From: Eubacteriales bacterium
GTDB taxonomy: Bacteria; Bacillota; Clostridia; Oscillospirales; CAG-272
NCBI GenBank assembly: GCA_045576815.1
Contig: JAZNHD010000038.1
Coordinates: 151 to 64,150, forward strand
Direction: 5' to 3'
DNA length: 64,000 bases
Shown here in pieces: positions 56,117 through 64,000 of this stretch. Made by a program: the position numbers and the translations under genes. Within the stretch, counting starts at the first letter, position 1, and each line of letters begins with the position of its first letter. Under the pieces are notes generated by a model, which ran no database searches, was not told the origin of the DNA, and worked only from the letters and a program-made list of their open reading frames with translations.

Positions 56117-56983
56117 TCAAACGCCCTCATCCTCTGTATATTCGGTGCGCAGGATTTTATTCATAAGATACTTACGAAGGCTCTCGGCGGTAAAGTTGCG
56201 CGTAAGCGCATAATCGTGAGCGATAGAAATGATACCCGTCTCCTCCGAGACGACAATAATAATAGCATCGCTCGTTTCACTCATACCGAGTGCTGCTCTG
56301 TGCCTCGTGCCAAGATCACTGTCAACATCGGAGCGCCTAGTAAGAGGTAAGAGACAGCCCGCTGCCACGATACGCCCCTCGTTGATTATTACAGCTCCGT
56401 CGTGAAGCGGCGCTTTGTTAAAGAAAAGATTTCTCAAAAGATAAGAATTGACGTCGGCGTTAATCGTAATACCCGTCTGAAGCACATCATCAAGCTGAGT
56501 CGTGCGTTCTATAACTATCAATGCTCCCGTCTTTGAAGCGGAAAGTTCACGAACGGCAGAGGCAATGGCATCAATTGAGCGATAGTACATTTCCTTATTG
56601 CGCTTCTGCTCTCCGATAGTGAGAATACCGTGAATAGAGCCTGATCCGAGTCGCTCAAGAGCATCGCGTATTTCCGGTTGGAAAATAATTACCACAGCAA
56701 GCGCACCTATCTGGAAAATTCCGGACAAAATAAATTTGACGCCCGTTAAATCCAGAATTAAGGCAATTACAAAAACAACGAGGCAGACGAGAATGCCTAT
56801 AATAAGAGCGCCTGCCTTACGACCGCGCAAAAACTTAACGGCAAGTGTAAAGAAAAGCGTTAAAAGAAGTATGTCTAACGCATCAGCGAAAGAAAATTCA
56901 TAAAACGCAGTTTTAACAAATTCAAAGAAATTGCCGATTTCCGCCCAAAAAGCGTCAGCATTTATCATAAGGAAAGCATTCAT
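56117..56983 (-). CDS. cdaA: Diadenylate cyclase CdaA (c-di-AMP synthase)
   Basis: Three N-terminal TM helices plus DAC domain 'GALIVIERTTQLDD', 'PLHDGAVII' and 'LGTRHRAALGMSE..DAIIIVVSEETG'. The start is moved to ATG 56983 (GAGG upstream, promoter at 57057-57085) from the track start 57085. Confidence 0.9.
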   Translation of the reverse strand: MNAFLMINADAFWAEIGNFFEFVKTAFYEFSFADALDILLLTLFFTLAVKFLRGRKAGALIIGILVCLVVFVIALILDLTGVKFILSGIFQIGALAVVIIFQPEIRDALERLGSGSIHGILTIGEQKRNKEMYYRSIDAIASAVRELSASKTGALIVIERTTQLDDVLQTGITINADVNSYLLRNLFFNKAPLHDGAVIINEGRIVAAGCLLPLTRRSDVDSDLGTRHRAALGMSETSDAIIIVVSEETGIISIAHDYALTRNFTAESLRKYLMNKILRTEYTEDEGV

Positions 56984-57056
56984 TTTATACCTCAAGCAGC
57001 CATTAAGACCGACAAAATTCAATAAAATACGACGAATATACGTCATCACAATTATT

Positions 57057-57085
57057 AGTATAACATATGTTCGTAAAAAATGCAA
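57057..57085 (-). promoter_or_regulatory. Sigma-A promoter of cdaA
   Basis: Minus strand TTGCAT (57085-57080), 17 nt, TATACT (57062-57057). Confidence 0.6.
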
Positions 57086-57153
57086 TATATTTATATTATT
57101 TTTTCACATGCAGTGACATCCAGCTATTTTACAGTATTTTTTGAGAATTGGTA

Positions 57154-57182
57154 TTGACAACAATTGTTAAATGGTGTATAAT
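57154..57182 (+). promoter_or_regulatory. Sigma-A promoter (extended -10) of the crp-ABC operon
   Basis: TTGACA (57154-57159), 17 nt ending in TG, TATAAT (57177-57182). Confidence 0.75.
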
Positions 57183-57183
57183 C

Positions 57184-57199
57184 TGTATCAGATGATACA
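57184..57199. promoter_or_regulatory. Perfect 16-bp palindrome TGTATCAGATGATACA (5-N6-5, CRP-format) at the predicted transcription start
   Basis: Read directly. It begins 2 nt after the -10 box of the promoter driving the Crp/Fnr-family gene. Confidence 0.6.
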
Positions 57200-57214
57200 C
57201 TTTTTGGAGGGCTT

Positions 57215-57886
57215 ATGGACAAATTGGACGAATTTATTTCGACACTTTTTCTTTTCCGCGGGATAGAACCGTCAAAAACGGCACTTCTAATGAAAAAGAT
57301 AGAGCCCGAGATAAAAAGCTATCAGAGAACCGAAAAAATTTACACGCCCACGGACTTTCACGAAAAGGTTGGCTTTGTCATCTCCGGAAAATGCGAGGTG
57401 CGCCGTCCGGATTCCTCAGAACGGCACGTAACAATTAATACACTTTGTCCCGGCGACTCTTTCGGAATACTTGCAATATTCGGTGAAAAGGAGCGCTTTC
57501 CTACCGAAATTTACGCTACCCAACACACGACAGTTCTGTTTATCAAAAAAGAAGACGTTATATGGCTCATCAGGCAAAACGGTGACGTTGCTATAAATGT
57601 AATAACCTTTATGTCAACGAGAATTAGCTTTCTTAATGAAAAAATCGCTACCTTTTCCGGAAGCACCGTTGAGGCGAAGCTGGCAAGTCACATACTCTCA
57701 CGGTATCAAAAAGCTGCTTCACTTCAGTTTCCTTTTAACTGCAAGCATTGCTCCGAGGCCATAAGTGCGGGACGAGCTTCGGTTTACCGCGCTCTTCTCG
57801 TCCTAGAAAACGAGGGGTTAATAGAACACGAAAACAAAAAAATTATTATAAAGGACCTAAGCGGTCTTGAAAGGATTTCAAAATGA
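57215..57886 (+). CDS. Crp/Fnr family transcriptional regulator
   Basis: N-terminal cNMP-binding-like beta-roll ('FLFRGIEPS...GDSFGILAIFG') and C-terminal HTH 'SEAISAGRASVYRALLVLENEGLIE'. Confidence 0.85.
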   Translation: MDKLDEFISTLFLFRGIEPSKTALLMKKIEPEIKSYQRTEKIYTPTDFHEKVGFVISGKCEVRRPDSSERHVTINTLCPGDSFGILAIFGEKERFPTEIYATQHTTVLFIKKEDVIWLIRQNGDVAINVITFMSTRISFLNEKIATFSGSTVEAKLASHILSRYQKAASLQFPFNCKHCSEAISAGRASVYRALLVLENEGLIEHENKKIIIKDLSGLERISK

Positions 57887-58893
57887 AAAAATTAGTATCT
57901 CTCATCTTAGCACTCACACTCACCGTACTCTCCTTTGCCGTGCTTTCTTCCTGCGCTCCCAAAGACGATTACCAATTGAAGATAGGATATCTCAACGGTC
58001 CAACCGGTATGGGAATGGCAAAGCTCATAAACGACAACGGTGGCAAAGACGGTAACGATAAATACAGCTTCACTCCTACCACGGCAGATAATGTAGGCCC
58101 TGCGGTGGCAAGCGGCATCTTTGATATTGCATGCATGCCCACAAACGCCGCGGCTACGCTCTACAACAGAAATCAGTCAATAGAAATTCTTGCCATAAAC
58201 TGCCTCAACTCTATCTACGTTATCACTGATAAAAACACAACCGTAAACAACTTTGAGGACTTAGAGGGAGCAACCATTTACACCTGTAAGGGCGGCACTC
58301 CCGCACCTATACTCAACGCGCTTCTCACTGCATATGGCATCAATGCTACGGTAACCAACGAATTCAACGGCGAAATAATAGCTAAGCCCGAAAACCTCAC
58401 GCCCATTATTACCGCTAAAGAGGGCGCGCCTGCTATCGTAGTAGCACCGGAGCCTATCATCACCGCTGCAAATCTTGCGCTAAGCAAGGATACCTCAAAC
58501 GATAACGTATATTCTGTTGACATCGACCTCGGTGCTGTATGGAAAGCGGAGTTTGGCACTGATATAACCATGGGCTGCATCGTTGCAAACAAGACAACCC
58601 TCGAAAACCACAAAGGCGCAGTTGATGCTTTTCTTGCCGAGTACAAAGCATCCATCGAATATGTCGGAAACGGCCAAAACCTTGACGCAGCTGCACAGTA
58701 CATCGTAGACGCTGAAATAATGGCGGCGGTTCCTGCGGCAAAAACCGCTCTTGAAAACCTAAATCGCGGTGGATACATCGGTTATCTTGACGGTGCCGCT
58801 ATGAAATCAGCGCTTGTAAAGGTTTATGAGGAGTTAGGAATGGCGCTTATCGGCGGCAATCTTCCCGACGACGATTTCTATTATGAAAAATAA
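57883..58893 (+). CDS. ABC transporter substrate-binding lipoprotein (NMT1/THI5-like, NitT/TauT-type)
   Basis: Lipobox 'AVLSSC' and periplasmic-binding fold. The ATG overlaps the crp stop (ATGA). The substrate is not inferable. Confidence 0.7.
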   Translation: MKKLVSLILALTLTVLSFAVLSSCAPKDDYQLKIGYLNGPTGMGMAKLINDNGGKDGNDKYSFTPTTADNVGPAVASGIFDIACMPTNAAATLYNRNQSIEILAINCLNSIYVITDKNTTVNNFEDLEGATIYTCKGGTPAPILNALLTAYGINATVTNEFNGEIIAKPENLTPIITAKEGAPAIVVAPEPIITAANLALSKDTSNDNVYSVDIDLGAVWKAEFGTDITMGCIVANKTTLENHKGAVDAFLAEYKASIEYVGNGQNLDAAAQYIVDAEIMAAVPAAKTALENLNRGGYIGYLDGAAMKSALVKVYEELGMALIGGNLPDDDFYYEK

Positions 58894-59629
58894 AATAATT
58901 AAGCGATTTAGCATAACCTGTGCCATTATTGTTTTTTGGACACTGATTTGGTATGCAGCCGCTATTTTGGTGAACAGTAAGCTTCTTTTGCCCACACCGC
59001 ACGACACCCTTTTTGCTCTTATTGAACTTTTAAGCACGCAGGAATTTTACACGGTAGTGGTGTTCACTATGCTGCGAGTTATTTCTGGACTTGTTATTGG
59101 AATATTAGCAGGAGTCATTCTTGCAATCCTTTGTCATAGATTTTCTGCCTTGAAAAATCTCCTGAATCCCGCAATTTCCATAATAAGAGCTACACCTGTG
59201 GCAACCTTCATAGTTCTACTTTGGATTCTTGTCAGGGGTAATGCTCTTACTGTAATAATAGCTTTTCTTATGGTTATGCCTATTGTCTGGCAAAACACGC
59301 TCGATGGTTTCGAGTCTATTCCAAAGGACCTTATCGAAGTAGCAAGTATATTCGGTCTTTCCTTTAAAAGAAGCTTAAAAGTGCTTGTCTTTCCGGTTCT
59401 CAAATCCTTTTTATTCCCTGCTATTATCACCTCGGTCGGCCTTGCGTGGAAATCAGAAATTGCTGCCGAAATCATAGCCTACACAAAGAATTCCATTGGA
59501 ATGCATATTAACGATGCGAAAACCTTCATGGAAACCCCGACTGTTTTTGCCTGGACCGCTGTGATTATAGCCTTAAGTATAACGCTTGAGAAAATTACTC
59601 GATTACTTCTCAGGAGGCTTGAAGCATGA
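58883..59629 (+). CDS. ABC transporter permease (NitT/TauT family)
   Basis: Six hydrophobic segments and an EAA-like loop 'LIEVASIFGLSFKRSLKVLVFP'. Overlaps both neighbouring genes. Confidence 0.8.
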   Translation: MKNKIIKRFSITCAIIVFWTLIWYAAAILVNSKLLLPTPHDTLFALIELLSTQEFYTVVVFTMLRVISGLVIGILAGVILAILCHRFSALKNLLNPAISIIRATPVATFIVLLWILVRGNALTVIIAFLMVMPIVWQNTLDGFESIPKDLIEVASIFGLSFKRSLKVLVFPVLKSFLFPAIITSVGLAWKSEIAAEIIAYTKNSIGMHINDAKTFMETPTVFAWTAVIIALSITLEKITRLLLRRLEA

Positions 59630-60207
59630 GTCTTTCGATTAAAAATCTTACAAAAGCCTTTGACAAAAAAGTAGTTTTTTCCGGTTTTTCTTACGAATTT
59701 CTAAACAAAGGACTCTATCTAATAAAGGGAGAGAGCGGAGTCGGAAAGACCACCCTGCTAAGAATGATTTCTGGCCTAGATAACGCATATTCGGGAGATA
59801 TTTTGGGCGGAGGATTATCTAAAGTCTCATTCGCTTTTCAAGAATACCGTCTTTTCCCTACGCTCACGGCTATAGAAAACGTTATGGTAAGCTCTAAGAG
59901 CGAAAACGAATCCGACCTAAAAAAAGCTAGGGCCTATTTGGAGAAGCTCGGCTTTACGTCTTTAGACATGAACCTTTATCCGTCGGAGCTCTCGGGTGGA
60001 ATGAAGCAGCGCGTTGCGCTCGCTCGTGCTTTTCTCTCTGATGCGGAAATACTCCTTCTTGACGAACCTACAAAGGAGCTTGACCCTGCCCTTTCCTCTA
60101 CTGTTTTGGATATGATAAAAGAAGAGGCGAAACGACGGCTTGTCATCATGGTTTCTCACGTAGAAGGCGATGAAAACAGACTTTCAGCAACAAAAATATT
60201 GATTTGA
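59626..60207 (+). CDS. ABC transporter ATP-binding protein (short, 193 aa)
   Basis: Walker A 'GESGVGKTT', signature 'LSGGMKQR', Walker B 'ILLLDEP' and H-loop 'VSHV'. Confidence 0.85.
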   Translation: MSLSIKNLTKAFDKKVVFSGFSYEFLNKGLYLIKGESGVGKTTLLRMISGLDNAYSGDILGGGLSKVSFAFQEYRLFPTLTAIENVMVSSKSENESDLKKARAYLEKLGFTSLDMNLYPSELSGGMKQRVALARAFLSDAEILLLDEPTKELDPALSSTVLDMIKEEAKRRLVIMVSHVEGDENRLSATKILI

Positions 60208-60209
60208 CC

Positions 60210-60250
60210 GGTTAGGCTGTCACAAACTTAATGACAGCCTAACCTCTTTA
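60210..60250 (+). terminator. Terminator after the ABC operon
   Basis: GGTTAGGCTGTCA-caaacttaa-TGACAGCCTAACC, a perfect 13-bp stem, followed by TCTTTAT. Confidence 0.7.
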
Positions 60251-60317
60251 TATTGTCAAAAATCATACTTATAACTCTATTTTTGAATTAAAAGATGGGT
60301 TTTATTTCAGAAATCTC

Positions 60318-60346
60318 TTGCAAAAATAGTATGTTTATGGTAGAAT
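60318..60346 (+). promoter_or_regulatory. Sigma-A promoter of the rpiR-type gene
   Basis: TTGCAA (60318-60323), 17 nt, TAGAAT (60341-60346). Confidence 0.55.
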
Positions 60347-60386
60347 AAAACTTAGTTATATTCAATGTTAATACTCGAGGTGGATT

Positions 60387-61244
60387 ATGGCATCTGACAT
60401 TTCAGAAAGAATAAAACGCATTTATCCCACGCTCTCAAAGGGGCAGAAAAAAATAGCTAATACAATTTTACACGACTACGATAAGGCGGCTTACCTCACC
60501 GCCTCGCGCCTTGGTAATCTCGTCGGTGTTTCAGAATCTACTATCGTCAGATTTGCTAACGAGCTTGGATTTGAGGGTTATTCGGAATTTCAACGAGCAA
60601 TACAAGAACTCGTGCGCATCAGACTAACGCCAAATCAGCGAATAGAAATGACAAAGCTTCGCATAGGCCGCGGCGATATTCTCGAAAAGGTTCTGGAATC
60701 GGACATTCACAAAATCAAATACACCCTTGACCACCTTGACCGCACGGTGTTCAGACATTCGGTTGATGCAATACTTGAAGCTAAAACGGTATACGTCACG
60801 GGTGCAAGAAGCACAGAACCCATCGCCCGCCTTCTTTACCACAACCTATCTCTCATTTTTGACAATATCAAATTCGTGCAAACTACCTCTGCAGCAGAAG
60901 TTTTCGAAGAAATGCTCTCCCTAGACGAAAACGATGTGCTAATCGCCTTCTCTTTTCCGAGATATTCATCTAAAATCGTAAATGCAGTAAAATACGCACG
61001 TCAGCATAACGCAAAGGTTGTTGCGTTTACCGACTCCGACATTTCGCCTCTCGCAGAATATGCGAATTATCTCATAACGGCTCAGTCGGATATGGCGGCA
61101 TATATGGATTCGCTTGTCGCGCCCTTGAGCATTGTTAACGCAATTATCGTCGAGATAACAAGACGCCGAGAGCGAGAGATAACCGCAAGATTTGACAGAC
61201 TCGAGAAAATTTGGGATGAATACGACGTATATGCAAAAAGATAA
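60387..61244 (+). CDS. MurR/RpiR family transcriptional regulator (HTH_6 plus SIS)
   Basis: 'LSKGQKKIANTILHDY...ASRLGNLVGVSESTIVRFANELGFEGYSEF' HTH and a C-terminal SIS domain. Confidence 0.85.
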   Translation: MASDISERIKRIYPTLSKGQKKIANTILHDYDKAAYLTASRLGNLVGVSESTIVRFANELGFEGYSEFQRAIQELVRIRLTPNQRIEMTKLRIGRGDILEKVLESDIHKIKYTLDHLDRTVFRHSVDAILEAKTVYVTGARSTEPIARLLYHNLSLIFDNIKFVQTTSAAEVFEEMLSLDENDVLIAFSFPRYSSKIVNAVKYARQHNAKVVAFTDSDISPLAEYANYLITAQSDMAAYMDSLVAPLSIVNAIIVEITRRREREITARFDRLEKIWDEYDVYAKR

Positions 61245-62463
61245 CATAAAAATTGCCGTTATCGGCGGTGGTGCGGCAGGCATGATGGCTGCAGGAACGG
61301 CTGCGCGATGCGGTGCGTCCGTTACTCTTTTCGAATCTATGAGTCATCTCGGAAAAAAGCTCGCAATAACAGGAAAGGGACGCTGCAACGTCACTAACGA
61401 CTCGACGGTAGAAGAATTTCTTGAAAACGTGACGAAAAATCCGAGATTTCTTTATGCCGCACTGAGCGTCTTTACACCGCAGGATGCGATGGACTTTTTT
61501 GAAGAACTCGGTGTACCTCTTAAAGTCGAACGAGGAAAACGCGTATATCCCGTATCGGATAAAGCCGGCGATATAGTAAGAGCGATGAAAAAATATTGCG
61601 CTGATGCAAAGGTGATTTACGAAAAAGTAAAAAACGTAAGGTCTTTAGACGTCGGATTTGAGATAACAACTCACACCGATAAATATGCCTTTGACAAGGT
61701 TATACTTGCAACCGGCGGAAAATCCTATCCTCTTACCGGATCTGACGGCTCAGGATACGGTATCGCAGCCTCTCTCGGTCACACGGTTACAGAGCTTATA
61801 CCGTCTCTCATTCCTCTTGAGAGTAAATCGCTGCTATGTAAAAACATGCAGGGGCTTTCGCTAAAAAACGTAGCTATCAAAATCCTTGACAAAGACAAAA
61901 AAGTATTATATACCGATTTTGGTGAGATGATGTTTGCGCACTTCGGAGTTACAGGTCCCATGATTCTCTCCGCATCGGCGCACTTAAGAAACGTAGATAT
62001 TGAAAATCTTACGCTTTCAATTGATTTGAAGCCGGCACTTGATGAAAAAACGCTTGATGCAAGGCTGGTTTCTGACTTCAAGGCAAAGGCAAACAAGGAT
62101 TTGATAAATGCCATGGGTGACCTGCTTCCCTCAAAAATGATAGAGCCTTTTATTTCTTACACAGGAATTGCCGAACGCAAAAAGGTTAACGCTATAACCA
62201 AAGAGGAGCGACGCAAAATACTGGATACGCTTAAGCACTTTGTGATACCCTTATCCGACTTCAGACCTATTGAGGAGGCTATCATAACCTCGGGCGGAAT
62301 TTCCACAAAGGAAATAATCCCAAGAACTATGGAATCTAAACTTCTCCCCGGTCTTTTCTTCGCGGGTGAGATTATAGATGTTGACGCTTACACAGGCGGA
62401 TTTAATCTGCAAATTGCCTACTCAACAGGATATTTGGCAGGAAAATCTGCAGCAGAATATTAA
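61231..62463 (+). CDS. HI0933/YhiN/BaiN-family NAD(P)/FAD-dependent flavoprotein
   Basis: 'IAVIGGGAAGMMAAG' and 'GKGRCNVTN' are family signatures. The start is moved to ATG 61231, overlapping the rpiR end. Confidence 0.85.
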   Translation: MQKDNIKIAVIGGGAAGMMAAGTAARCGASVTLFESMSHLGKKLAITGKGRCNVTNDSTVEEFLENVTKNPRFLYAALSVFTPQDAMDFFEELGVPLKVERGKRVYPVSDKAGDIVRAMKKYCADAKVIYEKVKNVRSLDVGFEITTHTDKYAFDKVILATGGKSYPLTGSDGSGYGIAASLGHTVTELIPSLIPLESKSLLCKNMQGLSLKNVAIKILDKDKKVLYTDFGEMMFAHFGVTGPMILSASAHLRNVDIENLTLSIDLKPALDEKTLDARLVSDFKAKANKDLINAMGDLLPSKMIEPFISYTGIAERKKVNAITKEERRKILDTLKHFVIPLSDFRPIEEAIITSGGISTKEIIPRTMESKLLPGLFFAGEIIDVDAYTGGFNLQIAYSTGYLAGKSAAEY

Positions 62464-62480
62464 TTGGATGGAGAAAGAAT

Positions 62481-63815
62481 ATGATCAGAATAGCGATAGA
62501 CGGCCCAGGCGGCGCAGGCAAATCCACCGTTGCAAAGGCGGTGGCAAAGGAGCTCGGTATTATCTACGTCGACACAGGCGCTCTTTATAGAAGCATAGGT
62601 CTTTTTATGCTGAACTCCGGAATTAATCCGAAGGATAACGAAGCAGTAATTGGGGCTCTTCCAAACTTCACGCTCGAGCTCAAATTTGAGGATGGTAGAC
62701 AGTTCATTCTTCTTAACGGTGAGGACGTTGGCGACACAATAAGAACTCCGGAGGTTTCTATGGCGGCATCTGCCGTCAGCGCTATACCGGAGGTGCGGAG
62801 CTACCTATTAGATATGCAACGAGATACCGCAAGAAAAAATAGCGTTATAATGGACGGACGTGACATAGGCACTGTCATTCTTCCCAATGCCGAGGTGAAG
62901 ATTTTCCTAACCGCTTCCCCCAAGGCACGGGCAAAGCGCCGCTATGATGAACTTATTTCGCGCGGTGCAGACGTTACCTATGAATCGGTTTACAACGAAA
63001 TGGTTGAAAGAGATAAACACGACTCAACCCGTGCCGTTGCACCTTGCGTGCCCGCAAAGGATGCTATTATCCTCGACAATTCGAAGCTTACCTTAGACGG
63101 AACAAAAGAAAAAATACTTAAAATCATAAGAAAAAAGGAAAAGAAGCTCCGCCGTAACTTTTATGCTCGTGCGAAAGTAATCGTTGCCCCTATTTACAGA
63201 TTCTTTATGCGTGTGAAAGCAAAGGGCATCGAAAACCTGCCTCGCGAGGGCGGCTTTGTCCTCTGCTCCAATCACATCGCTGCTGTCGACGTAATTTCCA
63301 TCGGCGCTGTTTGCCCTCGTCAGCTCACTTTCGTCGCGAAAAAAGAGCTCTTTACCGTGCCCGTACTTGGCAAAATCGTAAAGGCGCTGGGCGCTATTAA
63401 GGTTGACAGAGGTGCAAGCGACATTTCGGCCATCCGTGCATCAGTTGCCGCTGCGGAAGAAGGCAAGGTCCTTTCAATTTTCCCTCAAGGTCACAGATAC
63501 CCGGGCGTTGACCCCGCTACGACAAGACTCCACAGCGGTGCGGCACTTATCGCATATCACTCGAAATGCGACGTTGTGCCCGTTTGCATAAACGTCAAGG
63601 GCGCAAAGTATTCCTTTTTACGCAGAGTCGAGGTTATTTTCGGCAAACCCATAAAATATGAGGAGCTTGGCTTCTCTGACGGCGGCAGAGAGGAATACAC
63701 GGCAGCTACCGAAAAGATTTTCGCAGAAATTATCAAGCTCGGTAACTTTAATGACCTGCCCCCATACGATCCCGCAAAAGACAAGATCAATAGCAGAAAG
63801 AAAAAGAAGAAATAA
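62481..63815 (+). CDS. cmk: Fusion protein: (d)CMP kinase plus 1-acyl-sn-glycerol-3-phosphate acyltransferase (PlsC/LPLAT) domain
   Basis: N-terminal 'IAIDGPGGAGKSTVAK...VDTGALYR...MDGRDIGTV' is Cmk. The C-terminal half has the LPLAT motifs 'CSNHIAAVD' (NHxxxxD), 'FVAKKEL' and 'SIFPQGHR'. It is one uninterrupted 444-codon frame. Confidence 0.85.
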   Translation: MIRIAIDGPGGAGKSTVAKAVAKELGIIYVDTGALYRSIGLFMLNSGINPKDNEAVIGALPNFTLELKFEDGRQFILLNGEDVGDTIRTPEVSMAASAVSAIPEVRSYLLDMQRDTARKNSVIMDGRDIGTVILPNAEVKIFLTASPKARAKRRYDELISRGADVTYESVYNEMVERDKHDSTRAVAPCVPAKDAIILDNSKLTLDGTKEKILKIIRKKEKKLRRNFYARAKVIVAPIYRFFMRVKAKGIENLPREGGFVLCSNHIAAVDVISIGAVCPRQLTFVAKKELFTVPVLGKIVKALGAIKVDRGASDISAIRASVAAAEEGKVLSIFPQGHRYPGVDPATTRLHSGAALIAYHSKCDVVPVCINVKGAKYSFLRRVEVIFGKPIKYEELGFSDGGREEYTAATEKIFAEIIKLGNFNDLPPYDPAKDKINSRKKKKK

Positions 63816-63824
63816 GGAGCAGCC

Positions 63825-64000
63825 TTGAAAATTACCGTATCCGAAAACGCAGGCTTCTGCCCCGGGGTAAGGCGTGCCGACGAGGCAGTAAAGCAGCTTA
63901 TTTTGAAGAGAGGCGAAAATGAGCTTATCTTCACTCTCGGACAACTTATACACAACCGTATATACAACGATGACTTAAAAAATCAAGGTGTCGTTTCTGT
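63825..64000 (+). CDS. ispH: 4-hydroxy-3-methylbut-2-enyl diphosphate reductase, 5' end only (runs off the window)
   Basis: TTG 63825 with AAGGAG 5 nt upstream. My translation (M)KITVSENAGFCPGVRRADEAV...LGQLIHN matches the IspH N-terminus (GFC.GV.RA). The cmk-ispH order is typical of Clostridia. Confidence 0.75.
   Translation, partial: MKITVSENAGFCPGVRRADEAVKQLILKRGENELIFTLGQLIHNRIYNDDLKNQGVVS

Noticed and set aside
56984-57085. 5' extensions of ORF-track starts: cdaA to 57085, the repeat protein to 28310, hup to 46044, glgB to 44571, glnS to 31779, folD to 11245 and the flavoprotein to 61192.
   Set aside because: In each case a downstream start has a proper SD, and the extension contains or precedes the predicted promoter or overlaps the upstream gene.
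1-64000. Scanned for CRISPR arrays, IS elements/transposases, integrases, prophage or defence-island genes, rRNA, and long exact repeats.
   Set aside because: None found by eye. The only exact repeats are the short regulatory-scale ones reported. An exhaustive repeat search would need computation.

Overview
This window looks like core chromosome from a spore-forming Firmicute, with Clostridia-type gene content and synteny and moderate GC by eye. I call about 60 protein genes and 3 tRNAs: His-GUG and Arg-UCU on the minus strand, Ser-GGA on the plus strand. I saw no rRNA, CRISPR array, transposase, integrase, phage or recognisable defence genes.

Main blocks, in order:
- CDF transporter (cut by the window edge), orphan ACP, NfeD plus SPFH/stomatin pair, tRNA-His/Arg, clpC.
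- A three-gene peptidoglycan-binding / SpoIID-like cluster.
- A long-form prs gene interrupted by one in-frame TAA.
- Rrf2 regulator, lgt, folD, rpsU, pdaA-like deacetylase, YesL-like membrane protein, DD-carboxypeptidase, pgi.
- A mini P-loop protein and a Cys-rich protein, then a TrmH-family methyltransferase and spoIIID.
- A roughly 400-bp ORF-free gap, a small unknown ORF, and two tandem ceramidase-like paralogues.
- lysC, tRNA-Ser, and a 944-aa membrane-anchored repeat protein divergent from an AraC regulator.
- comF-glnS-MBL hydrolase, a DUF3343-like protein plus cysteine desulfurase, aroK.
- A six-gene glycogen operon: glgB-C-D-A-P plus a GH13 gene.
- yabQ-yabP-S4 protein-hup-spoVB/murJ, hemZ-dtd-relA-recJ, an FAD protein, and cdaA with a 52-codon micro-ORF.
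- Crp regulator plus ABC transporter, RpiR plus HI0933-type flavoprotein, a cmk-plsC fusion, and the ispH 5' end.

Most of this is ordinary housekeeping or sporulation content. I cannot demonstrate a novel multi-gene system from sequence alone. The best candidates for follow-up are:
- the Cys-rich protein and mini P-loop neighbourhood;
- the acidic 'GY...W.D..G' repeat protein;
- the duplicated ceramidase-like genes behind a promoter-proximal perfect inverted repeat;
- the cdaA micro-ORF;
- the in-frame stop in prs.

Several ORF-track starts were moved to downstream starts that have Shine-Dalgarno and promoter support.
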